From the IMG/VR virus record IMGVR_UViG_2547132417_000017: a stretch of 22,980 nt of DNA; one strand, given 5' to 3'. A model generated the notes under the pieces. It searched no databases and had not been told where the DNA came from. It saw only the letters and a list, made by a program, of their open reading frames with translations. Below are positions 7,679 through 16,614 of this stretch, in pieces; the first letter of the stretch is position 1, and each line of letters starts with the position of its first letter. A program made the translations under genes and the position numbers. The DNA comes from a virus (lineage: Duplodnaviria; Heunggongvirae; Uroviricota; Caudoviricetes).

Positions 7679-8428
7679 ATGACGAGCCCCGCACAGCGTC
7701 ACATGATGCGGGTCTCGGCCTCTCAAGCCGCGCAGCGGGAGCAAGCCCCGCTGCGCCATGCAACCGCCTATGAGCAGATGCTGGTTAAGCTGGCCGATGA
7801 CCGCCGCACGTTAAAAAACATCCGTTCAAACGAACGTAAAGCCGAGAAAAAGCGCGAGCTGCTGCCGTTCTATGCGCCGTGGGTCGCCGGTGTGCTGGCT
7901 GATGGCCGTGGTGCGCAGGATGACATTGTCATGACCGTCATGCTGTGGCGTCTCGATGCCGGTGATATCGCTGGCGCGCTGGAAATTGCCCCGTACGCGC
8001 TGAAATACGGCCTCACCTCTGACCACCGCCGCACAACACCTTACATGCTGGTTGAGGAAGTGGCGCTTGCTGCGCAGCGCCTGCGCGATGCCGGTGAGTC
8101 TGTCGACCTTTCCTGGCTGCAGACCACTATCGACCTGACCGACGGCGCTGACGTTCCCGATATGGTGCGCGCCCGTCTGCATAAGGTGACAGGCCTGACC
8201 CTTCGTGATGCCGGTATGAATGCAGAGGCGCTGGCGCAGTTTCAGCGCGCGATGCAGCTCGACCGCAATGCCGGTGTGCGCAAGGAGATTGAGCGACTGG
8301 AACGGGCATTGAAGCCAAAGCCAGAGGCCGCGCCCCGTAAAACGACTAAACCGCGCACGCGCAAACCTGCCAACAAACCGGCGGCAAAGCGCGGGCGTCC
8401 ACCAAAGGCGGTAAAAACCGCCGGTTAA
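7679..8428 (+). CDS. M: Terminase small (endonuclease) subunit (P2 gpM-like)
   Basis: 249 aa following N, with a basic C-terminal tail, as in gpM. Confidence 0.88.
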   Translation: MTSPAQRHMMRVSASQAAQREQAPLRHATAYEQMLVKLADDRRTLKNIRSNERKAEKKRELLPFYAPWVAGVLADGRGAQDDIVMTVMLWRLDAGDIAGALEIAPYALKYGLTSDHRRTTPYMLVEEVALAAQRLRDAGESVDLSWLQTTIDLTDGADVPDMVRARLHKVTGLTLRDAGMNAEALAQFQRAMQLDRNAGVRKEIERLERALKPKPEAAPRKTTKPRTRKPANKPAAKRGRPPKAVKTAG

Positions 8429-8521
8429 CTGAACGCTCCCCGAGCCGGGCGGCACGCCGGTCAAAGCGGGTTTTGACCCTGACGGCGACCGGCGTCCACC
8501 GCCCAACCTAATGAGGTTGTC

Positions 8522-9031
8522 ATGACGACAGTAATACTGAATCAGCCCGACGAACCGCAGGACGTACCGGGCGTGGTGATTCCCGCACCGGAGACGGGCG
8601 ACGCAGTGATTAAAAACACGTTCTTTTTCCCTGATGTGGATCCGAAGCGGGTGCGCGAACTGATGCGCCTTGAGCAGACGGTTTCCGATGCGCGCCTGCG
8701 CAACGCCATCAAGACCGGCATGGCGGAAACCAATGCGGAGCTTTACGACTACCGGCTGCGCCAGATTGCCGCAGGGTTTAAGACACTGGCCGACGTGCCT
8801 GACGCCGAGGAAATCGACGGCGAGAATGTGCGCGTTTTCCACTACCTCAGCGCCGTGACGGCGATGGCGACCGCCACCCTGTATGAGCGTTATCGCGGGG
8901 TTGAGGCCACGGGCAAGGGTGACAAAAAAGCCGACAGCGTCGAAACCACCATTGATGACCTGTGGCGGGATATGCGCTGGTCGGTCTCGCGTCTGCAGGA
9001 CAAGCCGCGCTGCATCGTGGGTCAGCTCTGA
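8522..9031 (+). CDS. L: Head completion/stabilisation protein (P2 gpL-like)
   Basis: 169 aa. Its TGA stop overlaps the ATG of X at 9029-9033. Confidence 0.88.
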   Translation: MTTVILNQPDEPQDVPGVVIPAPETGDAVIKNTFFFPDVDPKRVRELMRLEQTVSDARLRNAIKTGMAETNAELYDYRLRQIAAGFKTLADVPDAEEIDGENVRVFHYLSAVTAMATATLYERYRGVEATGKGDKKADSVETTIDDLWRDMRWSVSRLQDKPRCIVGQL

Positions 9032-9234
9032 TGAAAGTCTACGCGATTCAGGGCGACACCCTCGACGCGCTTTGCGCCCGGTATTACGGGCGCACTGAGG
9101 GCGTGGTCGAGACGGTGCTGCAGGCTAATCCCGGTCTGTCTGAGCTGGGCGTCATTCTGCCGCATGGCACGGCGATTGACCTGCCCGACGTGGCATCGTC
9201 ACCCGTAACAGAAACTATCAACCTTTGGGAGTAA
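9031..9234 (+). CDS. X: Tail protein X (P2 gpX-like)
   Basis: 67 aa, MKVYAIQGDTLDALCARYYG..., starting at the ATG at 9031 inside the longer track ORF 8962-9234. Confidence 0.85.
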   Translation: MKVYAIQGDTLDALCARYYGRTEGVVETVLQANPGLSELGVILPHGTAIDLPDVASSPVTETINLWE

Positions 9235-9237
9235 ACC

Positions 9238-9534
9238 ATGACAGAAGGGGAAAAAGGCGTCCTGTCACTGTTTGTGATTGGCGTGATGATTGTTGTCGGA
9301 AAAGTGCTGGCGGGTGGTGAGCCCATTGCCCCGCGCCTGTTTATCGGCCGCATGCTGCTCGGCGGTTTTGTTTCAATGGTCGCCGGTGTTGTTCTGGTGC
9401 AGTTTCCAGATATGTCACTGCCTGCCGTTTGCGGGATTGGATCCATGCTCGGCATTGCAGGTTATCAGGTGGTGGAAATCGCCATTCAGCGCCGCTTTAA
9501 GTCACAACAGGGGGATAGCGATGCCGGTCATTAA
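9238..9534 (+). CDS. Holin
   Basis: 98 aa with two or three hydrophobic transmembrane stretches and a charged C-terminus, immediately upstream of the endolysin; GGAG RBS. Confidence 0.78.
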   Translation: MTEGEKGVLSLFVIGVMIVVGKVLAGGEPIAPRLFIGRMLLGGFVSMVAGVVLVQFPDMSLPAVCGIGSMLGIAGYQVVEIAIQRRFKSQQGDSDAGH

Positions 9535-10018
9535 TACTCACCAGAATATCGCCGCATTTCTGGACATGCTGGCCTATTCCGAAGGGACGGCGACGCATCC
9601 GCTGACGAAAAATCGTGGTTACGACGTCATTGTCACTGGCCTTGATGGCAAGCCGGAAATTTTCACCGACTACACCGACCACCCTTTCGCACATGGCAGA
9701 CCAGCGAAAGTGTTTAATCGACGCGGCGAAAAATCCACGGCATCAGGGCGTTACCAGCAGCTTTATCTCTACTGGCCGCATTATCAGAAACAACTCGCAT
9801 TGCCTGATTTCAGCCCGTTGTCGCAGGACAAACTTGCGATTCAGTTAATCCGCGAACGCGGTGCCATTGAGGATATTAAGGCGGGGCGTATTGAGCGGGC
9901 AATTTCACGGTGCCGCAATATCTGGGCGTCGTTACCGGGTGCCGGTTACGGCCAACGTGAGCACAGCCTCGACAAACTGGTCACCGTATGGCGCACCGCT
10001 GGCGGGGTAATGGAATGA
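9521..10018 (+). CDS. K: Endolysin (P2 gpK-like lysozyme)
   Basis: 165 aa starting MPVINTHQNIAAFLDMLAYSEGT, characteristic of the P2 K / lambda R lytic transglycosylase family. Starts at the ATG at 9521 within the longer ORF. Confidence 0.88.
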   Translation: MPVINTHQNIAAFLDMLAYSEGTATHPLTKNRGYDVIVTGLDGKPEIFTDYTDHPFAHGRPAKVFNRRGEKSTASGRYQQLYLYWPHYQKQLALPDFSPLSQDKLAIQLIRERGAIEDIKAGRIERAISRCRNIWASLPGAGYGQREHSLDKLVTVWRTAGGVME

Positions 10019-10428
10019 AAATCCTGATTACACTTCTGGTGCTGACTGTGCTCGGGATGTTGTGGTTGCGCCATGAGAACGGCAATTTATCCCGCTCCTT
10101 TGAGACAGCAAACCGCGTCGCGAGCGAACAAAAGACGACGATTGGCATGCTGAAAAATCAGCTCAGTGTTGCCGGTCAGCTTGCCAGACGTAATGAATCT
10201 GCGCAGGTGGCACTGCGTGAACAGCTCGCAAAGGCCAGCGAGGAAGCCAGCCGCCGCGAGCAATCAATAACGAGGTTACTTAATGAAAATGAAGCCTTTC
10301 GCCGCTGGTATAACGCTGCTTTACCTGATGTTGTGCGTCGGTTGCACATCCGCACCGCCTGCGCCAGCGCCGGTGATTGTGGTCAACGGATGCCCGAGAG
10401 TGAGCCTTTGCCCGATGCTGGGAAGTGA
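10015..10428 (+). CDS. lysB: Inner-membrane spanin (LysB/Rz-like)
   Basis: N-terminal transmembrane helix (MKILITLLVLTVLGMLW) followed by a coiled-coil-like charged region. Start overlaps the K stop. Confidence 0.75.
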   Translation: MKILITLLVLTVLGMLWLRHENGNLSRSFETANRVASEQKTTIGMLKNQLSVAGQLARRNESAQVALREQLAKASEEASRREQSITRLLNENEAFRRWYNAALPDVVRRLHIRTACASAGDCGQRMPESEPLPDAGK

Positions 10429-10573
10429 CCCGAAAACCAATGGTGACCTGAGCGCAGATATCCGCCGCCTTGAGGGTGCGCTGATCGCCTGCGCGCTACA
10501 GGTCAAAACCGTCAAACACTGTCAGGATGAACTCGATGCAGAAGCACAAAAGCCTGCGCAAAGCGCTGATTAA
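10283..10573 (+). CDS. lysC: Outer-membrane lipoprotein spanin (LysC/Rz1-like)
   Basis: Begins in the +1 frame inside lysB and runs past its end. Signal peptide with a lipobox-like LCVGC and a proline-rich segment. Confidence 0.7.
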   Translation: MKMKPFAAGITLLYLMLCVGCTSAPPAPAPVIVVNGCPRVSLCPMLGSDPKTNGDLSADIRRLEGALIACALQVKTVKHCQDELDAEAQKPAQSAD

Positions 10574-11003
10574 CGCCGTGCCGCAGCTCCGAAACAACCC
10601 CGATATACTGCGCCTTTTTGCCGACAACGGCCATACCGATTCCAGACTGGCGAGCTCGCTGTCGTTTGAAAAGGTGTACGTGCTTAACGTGGTGGTGACC
10701 GACTTCACCGGTGACCTTGATTTGATATTCGTGCCGGTGCAGGCGTGGCTGCGTGAACATCAGCCGGACATTATGACCACCGACGACGGGCGGGAAAAAG
10801 GATTCACCTGGATTATTGATATCAATAACGACGATTCGCTCGATATCAGTATCAGCCTGAGGCTCACCGAGCGCACGCTCGTCAAAGAGGTCGACGGCGC
10901 GCTGCATGTCAGCTATGCCCCTGAGCCGCCGCTGCCTGAGCCGGTGACGCGCCCGGTCGAGCTGTACGTTAACGGCGAACTGGTGAGTAAGTGGGATGAG
11001 TGA
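10527..11003 (+). CDS. R: Tail completion protein R (P2 gpR-like)
   Basis: 158 aa at the R position of the P2 order. Confidence 0.87.
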   Translation: MNSMQKHKSLRKALINAVPQLRNNPDILRLFADNGHTDSRLASSLSFEKVYVLNVVVTDFTGDLDLIFVPVQAWLREHQPDIMTTDDGREKGFTWIIDINNDDSLDISISLRLTERTLVKEVDGALHVSYAPEPPLPEPVTRPVELYVNGELVSKWDE

Positions 11004-11445
11004 GTTAACCGCACTGCAGGAACGCCTTGCCGGTCTGATTGCCAGCCTGTCACCGGCGGCGCGTCGGCAAATGGCGGCTGAGATTGCGAAAAAGCTGCGT
11101 ACCAGTCAGCAACAGCGTATCAAGCGCCAGCAGGCACCAGACGGCACCCCGTATGCGGCACGAAAGCGCCAGCCGGTGAGGAGCAAGAAAGGTCGGATTA
11201 AACGTGAAATGTTCGCCAAACTGCGCACCAGTCGCTTTATGAAAGCCAAAGGCAGCGACAGTGCGGCGGTGGTGGAGTTTACCGGAAAGGTGCAGCGCAT
11301 GGCGCGGGTGCATCAGTACGGCCTAAAAGATCGGCCAAACCGAAACCGCCGGGATGTGCAGTACGAGGCGCGCCCGTTGCTCGGTTTCACTTGGAATGAT
11401 GAGCAGGCAATTGAAGATATTATTATCAGCCATTTAAATAAATAA
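10996..11445 (+). CDS. S: Tail completion/virion morphogenesis protein S (P2 gpS-like)
   Basis: 149 aa; overlaps the end of R. Confidence 0.9.
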   Translation: MSELTALQERLAGLIASLSPAARRQMAAEIAKKLRTSQQQRIKRQQAPDGTPYAARKRQPVRSKKGRIKREMFAKLRTSRFMKAKGSDSAAVVEFTGKVQRMARVHQYGLKDRPNRNRRDVQYEARPLLGFTWNDEQAIEDIIISHLNK

Positions 11446-11464
11446 TTACTATGTGAGTCATTAC

Positions 11465-11492
11465 AGGAACTGTCAGAGTTGGTGCAGTTCCT
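11465..11492. terminator. 8-bp hairpin between convergent S and the reverse-strand cargo gene
   Basis: AGGAACTG (11465-11472), 12-nt loop, CAGTTCCT (11485-11492), followed by an AT-rich stretch. Confidence 0.35.
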
Positions 11493-11519
11493 ATATTTAG
11501 GTATTAAGTTTGTTTTAGA

Positions 11520-12305
11520 TTATAAAGTTAAGTTTATCCCCAGCTCTTTTTTTGCAATATCTAATACATATTCGGAATTACTCCAAGAACCATTGGTGTC
11601 TCCACAACACTCAGGGCTCAGGCATATGGTCAAGCAGGCTATTTTATTCTTATCAATGCCCGCCCTTACTGTTTTAAATAACTCCTTAATGAACGCGTCA
11701 TCAATAAATTTAAGATAATGTTCACCTGTGAAGAAGTAGTCAAGATCAATATTGATGATGATTTTTTCATGGTTATCAATGGCGCTATCTAAATTCTCAA
11801 GAAGCTCATAAGGCTCAATGTCTCTGAAGCAATGATTAAAAGGATTCTGCGGGTATGTGCCATCATTGTGTGTTGCTAGATAAATACACTCAATATGGTT
11901 TTGAAGTGCATCATCTGAAATAAAAAAGGATAGATAATTATCCCACCGTATCAGTGGTGTTTTATTACCACCGACTGTTACCTCTAGACTTAAGTAGTCT
12001 AGATAGGATTTTAAATTGAACACCCCCGGAAATTTACTTATATAGGGTTCGTATAGGTTGAGAGTATCATAATGCCTATCAATATGAAATAATGCGATAT
12101 TTTTATCAGGCTGTAAGTGTTGCATCCAGCACCATAGTGCGATTCTATGATTGTCACTAATGTATATATTACCATCCTGAGCAAGGAAGTTTAAATTATA
12201 TGCCAATGATGGGCCTTTTTGGGTTGGCGGAATTAACAACTTCATAAGAACTCCATATAAAATATGTTTTCCCAGCAATGCTAACGCAAGAGCAATGCTT
12301 TTCAT
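11520..12305 (-). CDS. AT-rich cargo gene of unknown function between S and V; possible metal-dependent hydrolase fold
   Basis: Full ORF is 261 aa. A better-supported start is the second ATG at 12245 (GGAG 5 nt upstream, 241 aa); the first ATG at 12305 has only a distant AGGGA. Contains H-I-D-R-H-Y-D and I-D-L-D-Y-F motifs reminiscent of arginase/deacetylase-type metal sites. Opposite strand to the late operon and much more AT-rich by eye than its neighbours. Confidence 0.6.
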   Translation of the reverse strand: MKSIALALALLGKHILYGVLMKLLIPPTQKGPSLAYNLNFLAQDGNIYISDNHRIALWCWMQHLQPDKNIALFHIDRHYDTLNLYEPYISKFPGVFNLKSYLDYLSLEVTVGGNKTPLIRWDNYLSFFISDDALQNHIECIYLATHNDGTYPQNPFNHCFRDIEPYELLENLDSAIDNHEKIIINIDLDYFFTGEHYLKFIDDAFIKELFKTVRAGIDKNKIACLTICLSPECCGDTNGSWSNSEYVLDIAKKELGINLTL

Positions 12306-12375
12306 AGCGTTGTGCCATCCCTGAAAGAAAATATCTGATTAGCAAATATTCCACCCAAAATTCAAAATAGTCCCT

Positions 12376-13017
12376 ATGAACACTCTGAACAGCATACAAG
12401 AATTAGCGCGCGCGATTCGCAACCTCATCCGCTCAGGTGTGGTGACTGAGGTCGATATCGTGCAGGGGCTGTGCCGCGTACAAAGCGGTGGGATCCAGAC
12501 TACATGGCTGAACTGGCTGACTACCCGAGCTGGACGCTCGCGCACATGGTGGGCTCCCTCGGTCGGTGAGCAGGTGCTGCTGCTGGCAATTGGTGGCGAG
12601 CTTGATACTGCTTTCGTGCTGCCGGGGATTTTCTCCGACGATAACCCCGCCCCATCTGCCTCGGCGGATGCATGGCATGTGGTTTTCCCTGATGGTGCGG
12701 TCATTGAGTACGAGCCCAAGACCAGCGCGCTGACGGTCAGCGGCATCAAGACTGCTGATGTGACGGCATCGCGATCCATCACGGCTACCGTGCCGTTGGT
12801 ACTTGTGAAAGCAGAAACCCGCATAACCCTCGATACCCCGGAGGTGGTTTGTACCAACAAGCTGACGACAGCAACGCTTGAGGTACAAAAGGGCGGCAAG
12901 ATGAAAGGCAACATCGAACATTCCGGCGGGAAATTAACCTCTAACGGTGTGCAGGTTGATGACCATGACCACGGCAATGTGCAGAGCGGTGGAAGTTGGA
13001 CTAAGGGGGTTAAATGA
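12376..13017 (+). CDS. V: Baseplate spike protein V (P2 gpV-like)
   Basis: 213 aa starting MNTLNSIQELARAIRNLIRSG, close to P2 gpV. Confidence 0.92.
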   Translation: MNTLNSIQELARAIRNLIRSGVVTEVDIVQGLCRVQSGGIQTTWLNWLTTRAGRSRTWWAPSVGEQVLLLAIGGELDTAFVLPGIFSDDNPAPSASADAWHVVFPDGAVIEYEPKTSALTVSGIKTADVTASRSITATVPLVLVKAETRITLDTPEVVCTNKLTTATLEVQKGGKMKGNIEHSGGKLTSNGVQVDDHDHGNVQSGGSWTKGVK

Positions 13018-13361
13018 CAGCCCGTTATCTGGGGATGAACCGCAATACCGGCCTCGGCATCAGTGACACTGAGCATATCAGCCAGAGCATGCGCGACATT
13101 CTGCTGACGCCGGTCGGCTCGCGGGTAATGCGCCGTGAATATGGCTCGCTCCTGTCTGCGCTGATTGATATGCCACAAACCCCGGCGCTCAGGCTGCAAA
13201 TCATGGTGGCGTGCTATTCCGCGATCCAGAACTGGGAACCACGTATCAGGCTTACATCCATCAGCTTTGAGCACGGCGACACTGGCGAAATGTATGTCGA
13301 TATTACCGGGGTGCGTACCGATACCGGTGCGTCAGTTTCAACCACTGTTTCACTGAGTTAA
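13014..13361 (+). CDS. W: Baseplate protein W (P2 gpW, gp25-like)
   Basis: 115 aa; start overlaps the V stop. Confidence 0.92.
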   Translation: MTARYLGMNRNTGLGISDTEHISQSMRDILLTPVGSRVMRREYGSLLSALIDMPQTPALRLQIMVACYSAIQNWEPRIRLTSISFEHGDTGEMYVDITGVRTDTGASVSTTVSLS

Positions 13362-13367
13362 ATCACT

Positions 13368-14276
13368 ATGGCAACTGTTGACCTGAGCCTGCTACCTGTT
13401 CCCGATGTGGTCGAGGAACTGGACTATGAAACTATCCTTGCGGAACGCATTGCGACGCTGATTTCGCTCTATCCAGAAGACCAGCAGGAAGCCGTCGCCC
13501 GGACGCTCGCGCTTGAGTCTGAGCCGGTTGTTAAGCTGCTGCAGGAAAACGCCTACCGTGAGGTTATCTGGCGTCAGCGAGTGAACGAAGCCGCGCAGGC
13601 GGTGACGCTGGCCTATTCCGCCGGTAACGACCTCGACGTCGTGGCAGGGAATAACAATACCGAACGCCTGACCATCACCCCGGCGGATGACACCACCATT
13701 CCGCCGACACCTGCCGTTATGGAATCCGATACCGACCTGCGTCTGCGCACGCAACAGGCGTTTGAGGGCTTGAGCGTGGCGGGTCCGGTCGGAGCATACG
13801 AGTATCACGGTCGCAGTGCCGACGGGCGTGTCGCTGACGTGTCGGTCGCAAGCCCGTCGCCAGCCTGCGTGACGATTACCGTGCTATCGCGCGAGGGTGA
13901 CGGCACTGCCAGCCCTGAACTACTGGCGATTGTTGATAAAGCGCTGAACGCCGAAGATGTGCGCCCGGTGGCTGACCGGGTTACCGTCCAGTCAGCCGAG
14001 ATTGTGCCGTACCAGATTGACGCGACGCTCTACGTTTACCCCGGTCCCGAATCTGAACCCATCAGGCAGGCATCAGAGCAGAAGCTGCAGAGCTACATCA
14101 GCGCGCAGCACCGCCTCGGGCGTGATATCCGTCTGTCAGCCATTTATGCGGCGCTGCATGTTGAAGGGGTGCAGCGTGTCGAGCTGGCATCACCGCAGAC
14201 CGACATAGTGCTGAGTAAGTCGCAGGCGTCGAACTGCACAGAGTACCAGATAACTATCGGGGGCTCGGATGAGTGA
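13368..14276 (+). CDS. J: Baseplate assembly protein J (P2 gpJ-like)
   Basis: 302 aa at the J position of the P2 order. Confidence 0.92.
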   Translation: MATVDLSLLPVPDVVEELDYETILAERIATLISLYPEDQQEAVARTLALESEPVVKLLQENAYREVIWRQRVNEAAQAVTLAYSAGNDLDVVAGNNNTERLTITPADDTTIPPTPAVMESDTDLRLRTQQAFEGLSVAGPVGAYEYHGRSADGRVADVSVASPSPACVTITVLSREGDGTASPELLAIVDKALNAEDVRPVADRVTVQSAEIVPYQIDATLYVYPGPESEPIRQASEQKLQSYISAQHRLGRDIRLSAIYAALHVEGVQRVELASPQTDIVLSKSQASNCTEYQITIGGSDE

Positions 14277-14877
14277 CAGATTGTTACCCGTTGGCTCGTC
14301 GCCGCTGGAAGTTGCCGCCGCTGCTGCACTCTCTGAGATTCAGCGCGTGCCGGTACCGTTGCGCACCCTGTGGAACTGGCGTACCTGCCCGGTAAACCTG
14401 CTGCCGTATCTGGCGTGGGCGCTGTCGGTCGACCGGTGGGATGAGAAGTGGCCGGAGGCGACAAAGCGCAGCGTCTGCGCGTCTTCGTTTTTCGTCCATC
14501 AGCACAAAGGCACCATCAGCGCATTGCGTCGGGTGGTTGAGCCGCTCGGCTTCCTGATTGAGGTGCGCGAGTGGTGGCAGCTCGACGAGGAGCCAGGCAC
14601 ATTCCGCCTCGTTGTCGGCGTGCTCGACAGCGGCATCACTGACGAAATGTATCATGAGCTTGAGCGCCTGATTGAAGACGCCAAACCGGCAAGCCGCCAC
14701 CTGACCGGGCTGGCTATCAGCCTGAGTGCAACCGGCGAGCTGTATGTCGGCGCTGGATGTTACGACGGCGACGCGCTGACCGTTTACCCCTACACCCCCG
14801 AGGAAATTGTCGTCGGCGGTGAATATTACCCGGCCTCGGCCATCCATTTGATTGATAACCTGAGAGTGAACGCATGA
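14269..14877 (+). CDS. I: Baseplate protein I (P2 gpI-like)
   Basis: 202 aa; overlaps J and H. Confidence 0.9.
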   Translation: MSDRLLPVGSSPLEVAAAAALSEIQRVPVPLRTLWNWRTCPVNLLPYLAWALSVDRWDEKWPEATKRSVCASSFFVHQHKGTISALRRVVEPLGFLIEVREWWQLDEEPGTFRLVVGVLDSGITDEMYHELERLIEDAKPASRHLTGLAISLSATGELYVGAGCYDGDALTVYPYTPEEIVVGGEYYPASAIHLIDNLRVNA

Positions 14878-15887
14878 CCGCAAAATATTTTGCCATTCTG
14901 ACCAATCAGGGCGCGGCGCGGCTGGCGAACGCGGCGGCACTCGGCACCAAACTCAACCTGACGCAGATGGCCGTCGGTGATGCGAATGGTACGTTGCCGA
15001 CCCCTGACCCGGCGCAGACGAAGCTCATTAACCAGAAGCGCATCGCGTCGCTGAACCTGCTGACCGTTGACCCGACCAATACCAGCCAGATTATCGCGGA
15101 ACAGATTATTCCCGAGAATGAAGGTGGTTTCTGGATCCGCGAGATTGGTCTCTATGACGACGACGGCATCCTGATTGCCGTGGCGAACTGCCCGGAGACC
15201 TACAAGCCGCAACTGCAGGAGGGAAGCGGTCGCACGCAGACCATTCGCATGATTCTGATTGTGTCGAGCACGTCGGCCATCACCCTGAAAATCGACCCGT
15301 CGGTCGTGCTGGCAACGCGCCAGTATGTCGACGATAAGGTTATTGAGGTGAAAGCCTATGCCGATAGTCTGCTGGCCGCACACCTCGCCGCCGCTGACCC
15401 GCACGCGCAGTACCTCAAAACGGCGGATATTGATAAATACATTCCGGTCGGTTTCCCGCTGCCGTGGCCGCAGGCAACACCGCCGAGCGGCTGGCTGAAA
15501 TGCAATGGCGCGGCTTTTGACAAGGCGAAATATCCAAAGCTGGCCATCGCTTATCCGTCCGGTAGTCTGCCTGATTTGCGTGGTGAGTTTCTGCGCGGGT
15601 GGGACGACGGGCGCGGTGTGGATTCAGGGCGTAGCCTGTTGTCTGCTCAGTCAGACTCTATCCAGAATATCGTCGGTTCATTTGGCCGTACTCAGCTTTT
15701 CAAAGATACCGTCTATACGGGGCCATTCCGTCAGGATGGAATGATTTTATCCTTAGGCTTAACACCATCCACTGAGGGTGGTTATGGTGCTGCAAACTGG
15801 ACGTTTGATGCTTCACGCGCGGTGCGAACAGCGACCGAAACCCGTGCGAGGAACATTGCATTTAACTACATCGTGAGGGCGGCATAA
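14874..15887 (+). CDS. H: Tail fibre protein (P2 gpH-like N-terminus with a tail-collar-type C-terminal domain)
   Basis: 337 aa. The N-terminus (MTAKYFAILTNQGAARLANA...IREIGLYDDDGILIAVAN) is the conserved gpH baseplate-attachment region. The C-terminus carries GWLKCNGAAFDKAKYPKLA...LPDLRGEFLRGWDDGRGVDSGR, typical of the phage tail collar domain. Confidence 0.88.
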   Translation: MTAKYFAILTNQGAARLANAAALGTKLNLTQMAVGDANGTLPTPDPAQTKLINQKRIASLNLLTVDPTNTSQIIAEQIIPENEGGFWIREIGLYDDDGILIAVANCPETYKPQLQEGSGRTQTIRMILIVSSTSAITLKIDPSVVLATRQYVDDKVIEVKAYADSLLAAHLAAADPHAQYLKTADIDKYIPVGFPLPWPQATPPSGWLKCNGAAFDKAKYPKLAIAYPSGSLPDLRGEFLRGWDDGRGVDSGRSLLSAQSDSIQNIVGSFGRTQLFKDTVYTGPFRQDGMILSLGLTPSTEGGYGAANWTFDASRAVRTATETRARNIAFNYIVRAA

Positions 15888-16483
15888 TGGCGAAAGCGAC
15901 ACTGAACAAAAACGGCATTGCCACAAAGGCCGGTGAGATTACCGTTTATAATTTTGACCTCATCACTCGTGAATATCTGGCGGAATCGGTCGAGTTTCTG
16001 GCTGTTGGGGTGGGGATTCCTGCTAATTCCTGCACTGATGCGCCGGTCGAAGGAAAAGACGGCTTTGCCGTGTGCCGTAAGGCCAGCCTTGATGGTTGGG
16101 AGTATGTCGCAGACCACCGGGGCGATACGGTTTATGACACGCAAACTGGTCAGACTGTCGAAATTACCTCGCCGGGAGAGTATGCCGATAACGTGACCAC
16201 GATTGCACCATCAACCCCATATGACCGCTGGAACGGTAGCGCATGGGTGACGGATGAGGATGCACAGAAAAGCGGTCAGGTTATGGAGGCGCAACAGAAA
16301 AAAGCCGTATTGCTGGCGGAAGCCCAAAGCACAATCAGCCTGTGGCAGACTGAGCTGCAGCTCGGCATCATCAGCGACGATGACAAGGCCAGCCTGATTA
16401 CGTGGATGAAATACATTCAGGCGCTGAACGCGGTCGACACTTCCACGGCACCGGATACCGAGTGGCCGGTTAAACCGGAGTAA
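15887..16483 (+). CDS. G: Tail fibre assembly chaperone (P2 gpG-like)
   Basis: 198 aa immediately downstream of the tail fibre gene. Confidence 0.85.
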   Translation: MAKATLNKNGIATKAGEITVYNFDLITREYLAESVEFLAVGVGIPANSCTDAPVEGKDGFAVCRKASLDGWEYVADHRGDTVYDTQTGQTVEITSPGEYADNVTTIAPSTPYDRWNGSAWVTDEDAQKSGQVMEAQQKKAVLLAEAQSTISLWQTELQLGIISDDDKASLITWMKYIQALNAVDTSTAPDTEWPVKPE

Positions 16484-16487
16484 CGCA

Positions 16488-16512
16488 GGGCGGGCTGATG
16501 CCCGTCTTTTTT
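16488..16512 (+). terminator. Rho-independent terminator after the tail fibre module
   Basis: GGGCGGGC (16488-16495), loop TGAT, GCCCGTCT (16500-16507, two G-U pairs), with a T-run at 16507-16512. Confidence 0.6.
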
Positions 16513-16614
16513 ATGATTTGTTTATGTGCCATCAGCCACCCATCGCCGACAAATAGCCCATCACCAGACCAGCCAGGACAATAACACTCGCCCACTAACC
16601 ACGGAGTTAACCGG

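Noticed and set aside
7826-8842. 338-aa minus-strand ORF overlapping the M and L genes
   Set aside because: Antisense to two well-supported, syntenic P2 structural genes. Long antisense ORFs are common in high-GC DNA, and this one has no recognisable protein character.
14284-15404. Minus-strand ORFs of 218 and 192 aa overlapping baseplate genes I and H
   Set aside because: Antisense to syntenic structural genes; arginine-rich composition typical of spurious frames.
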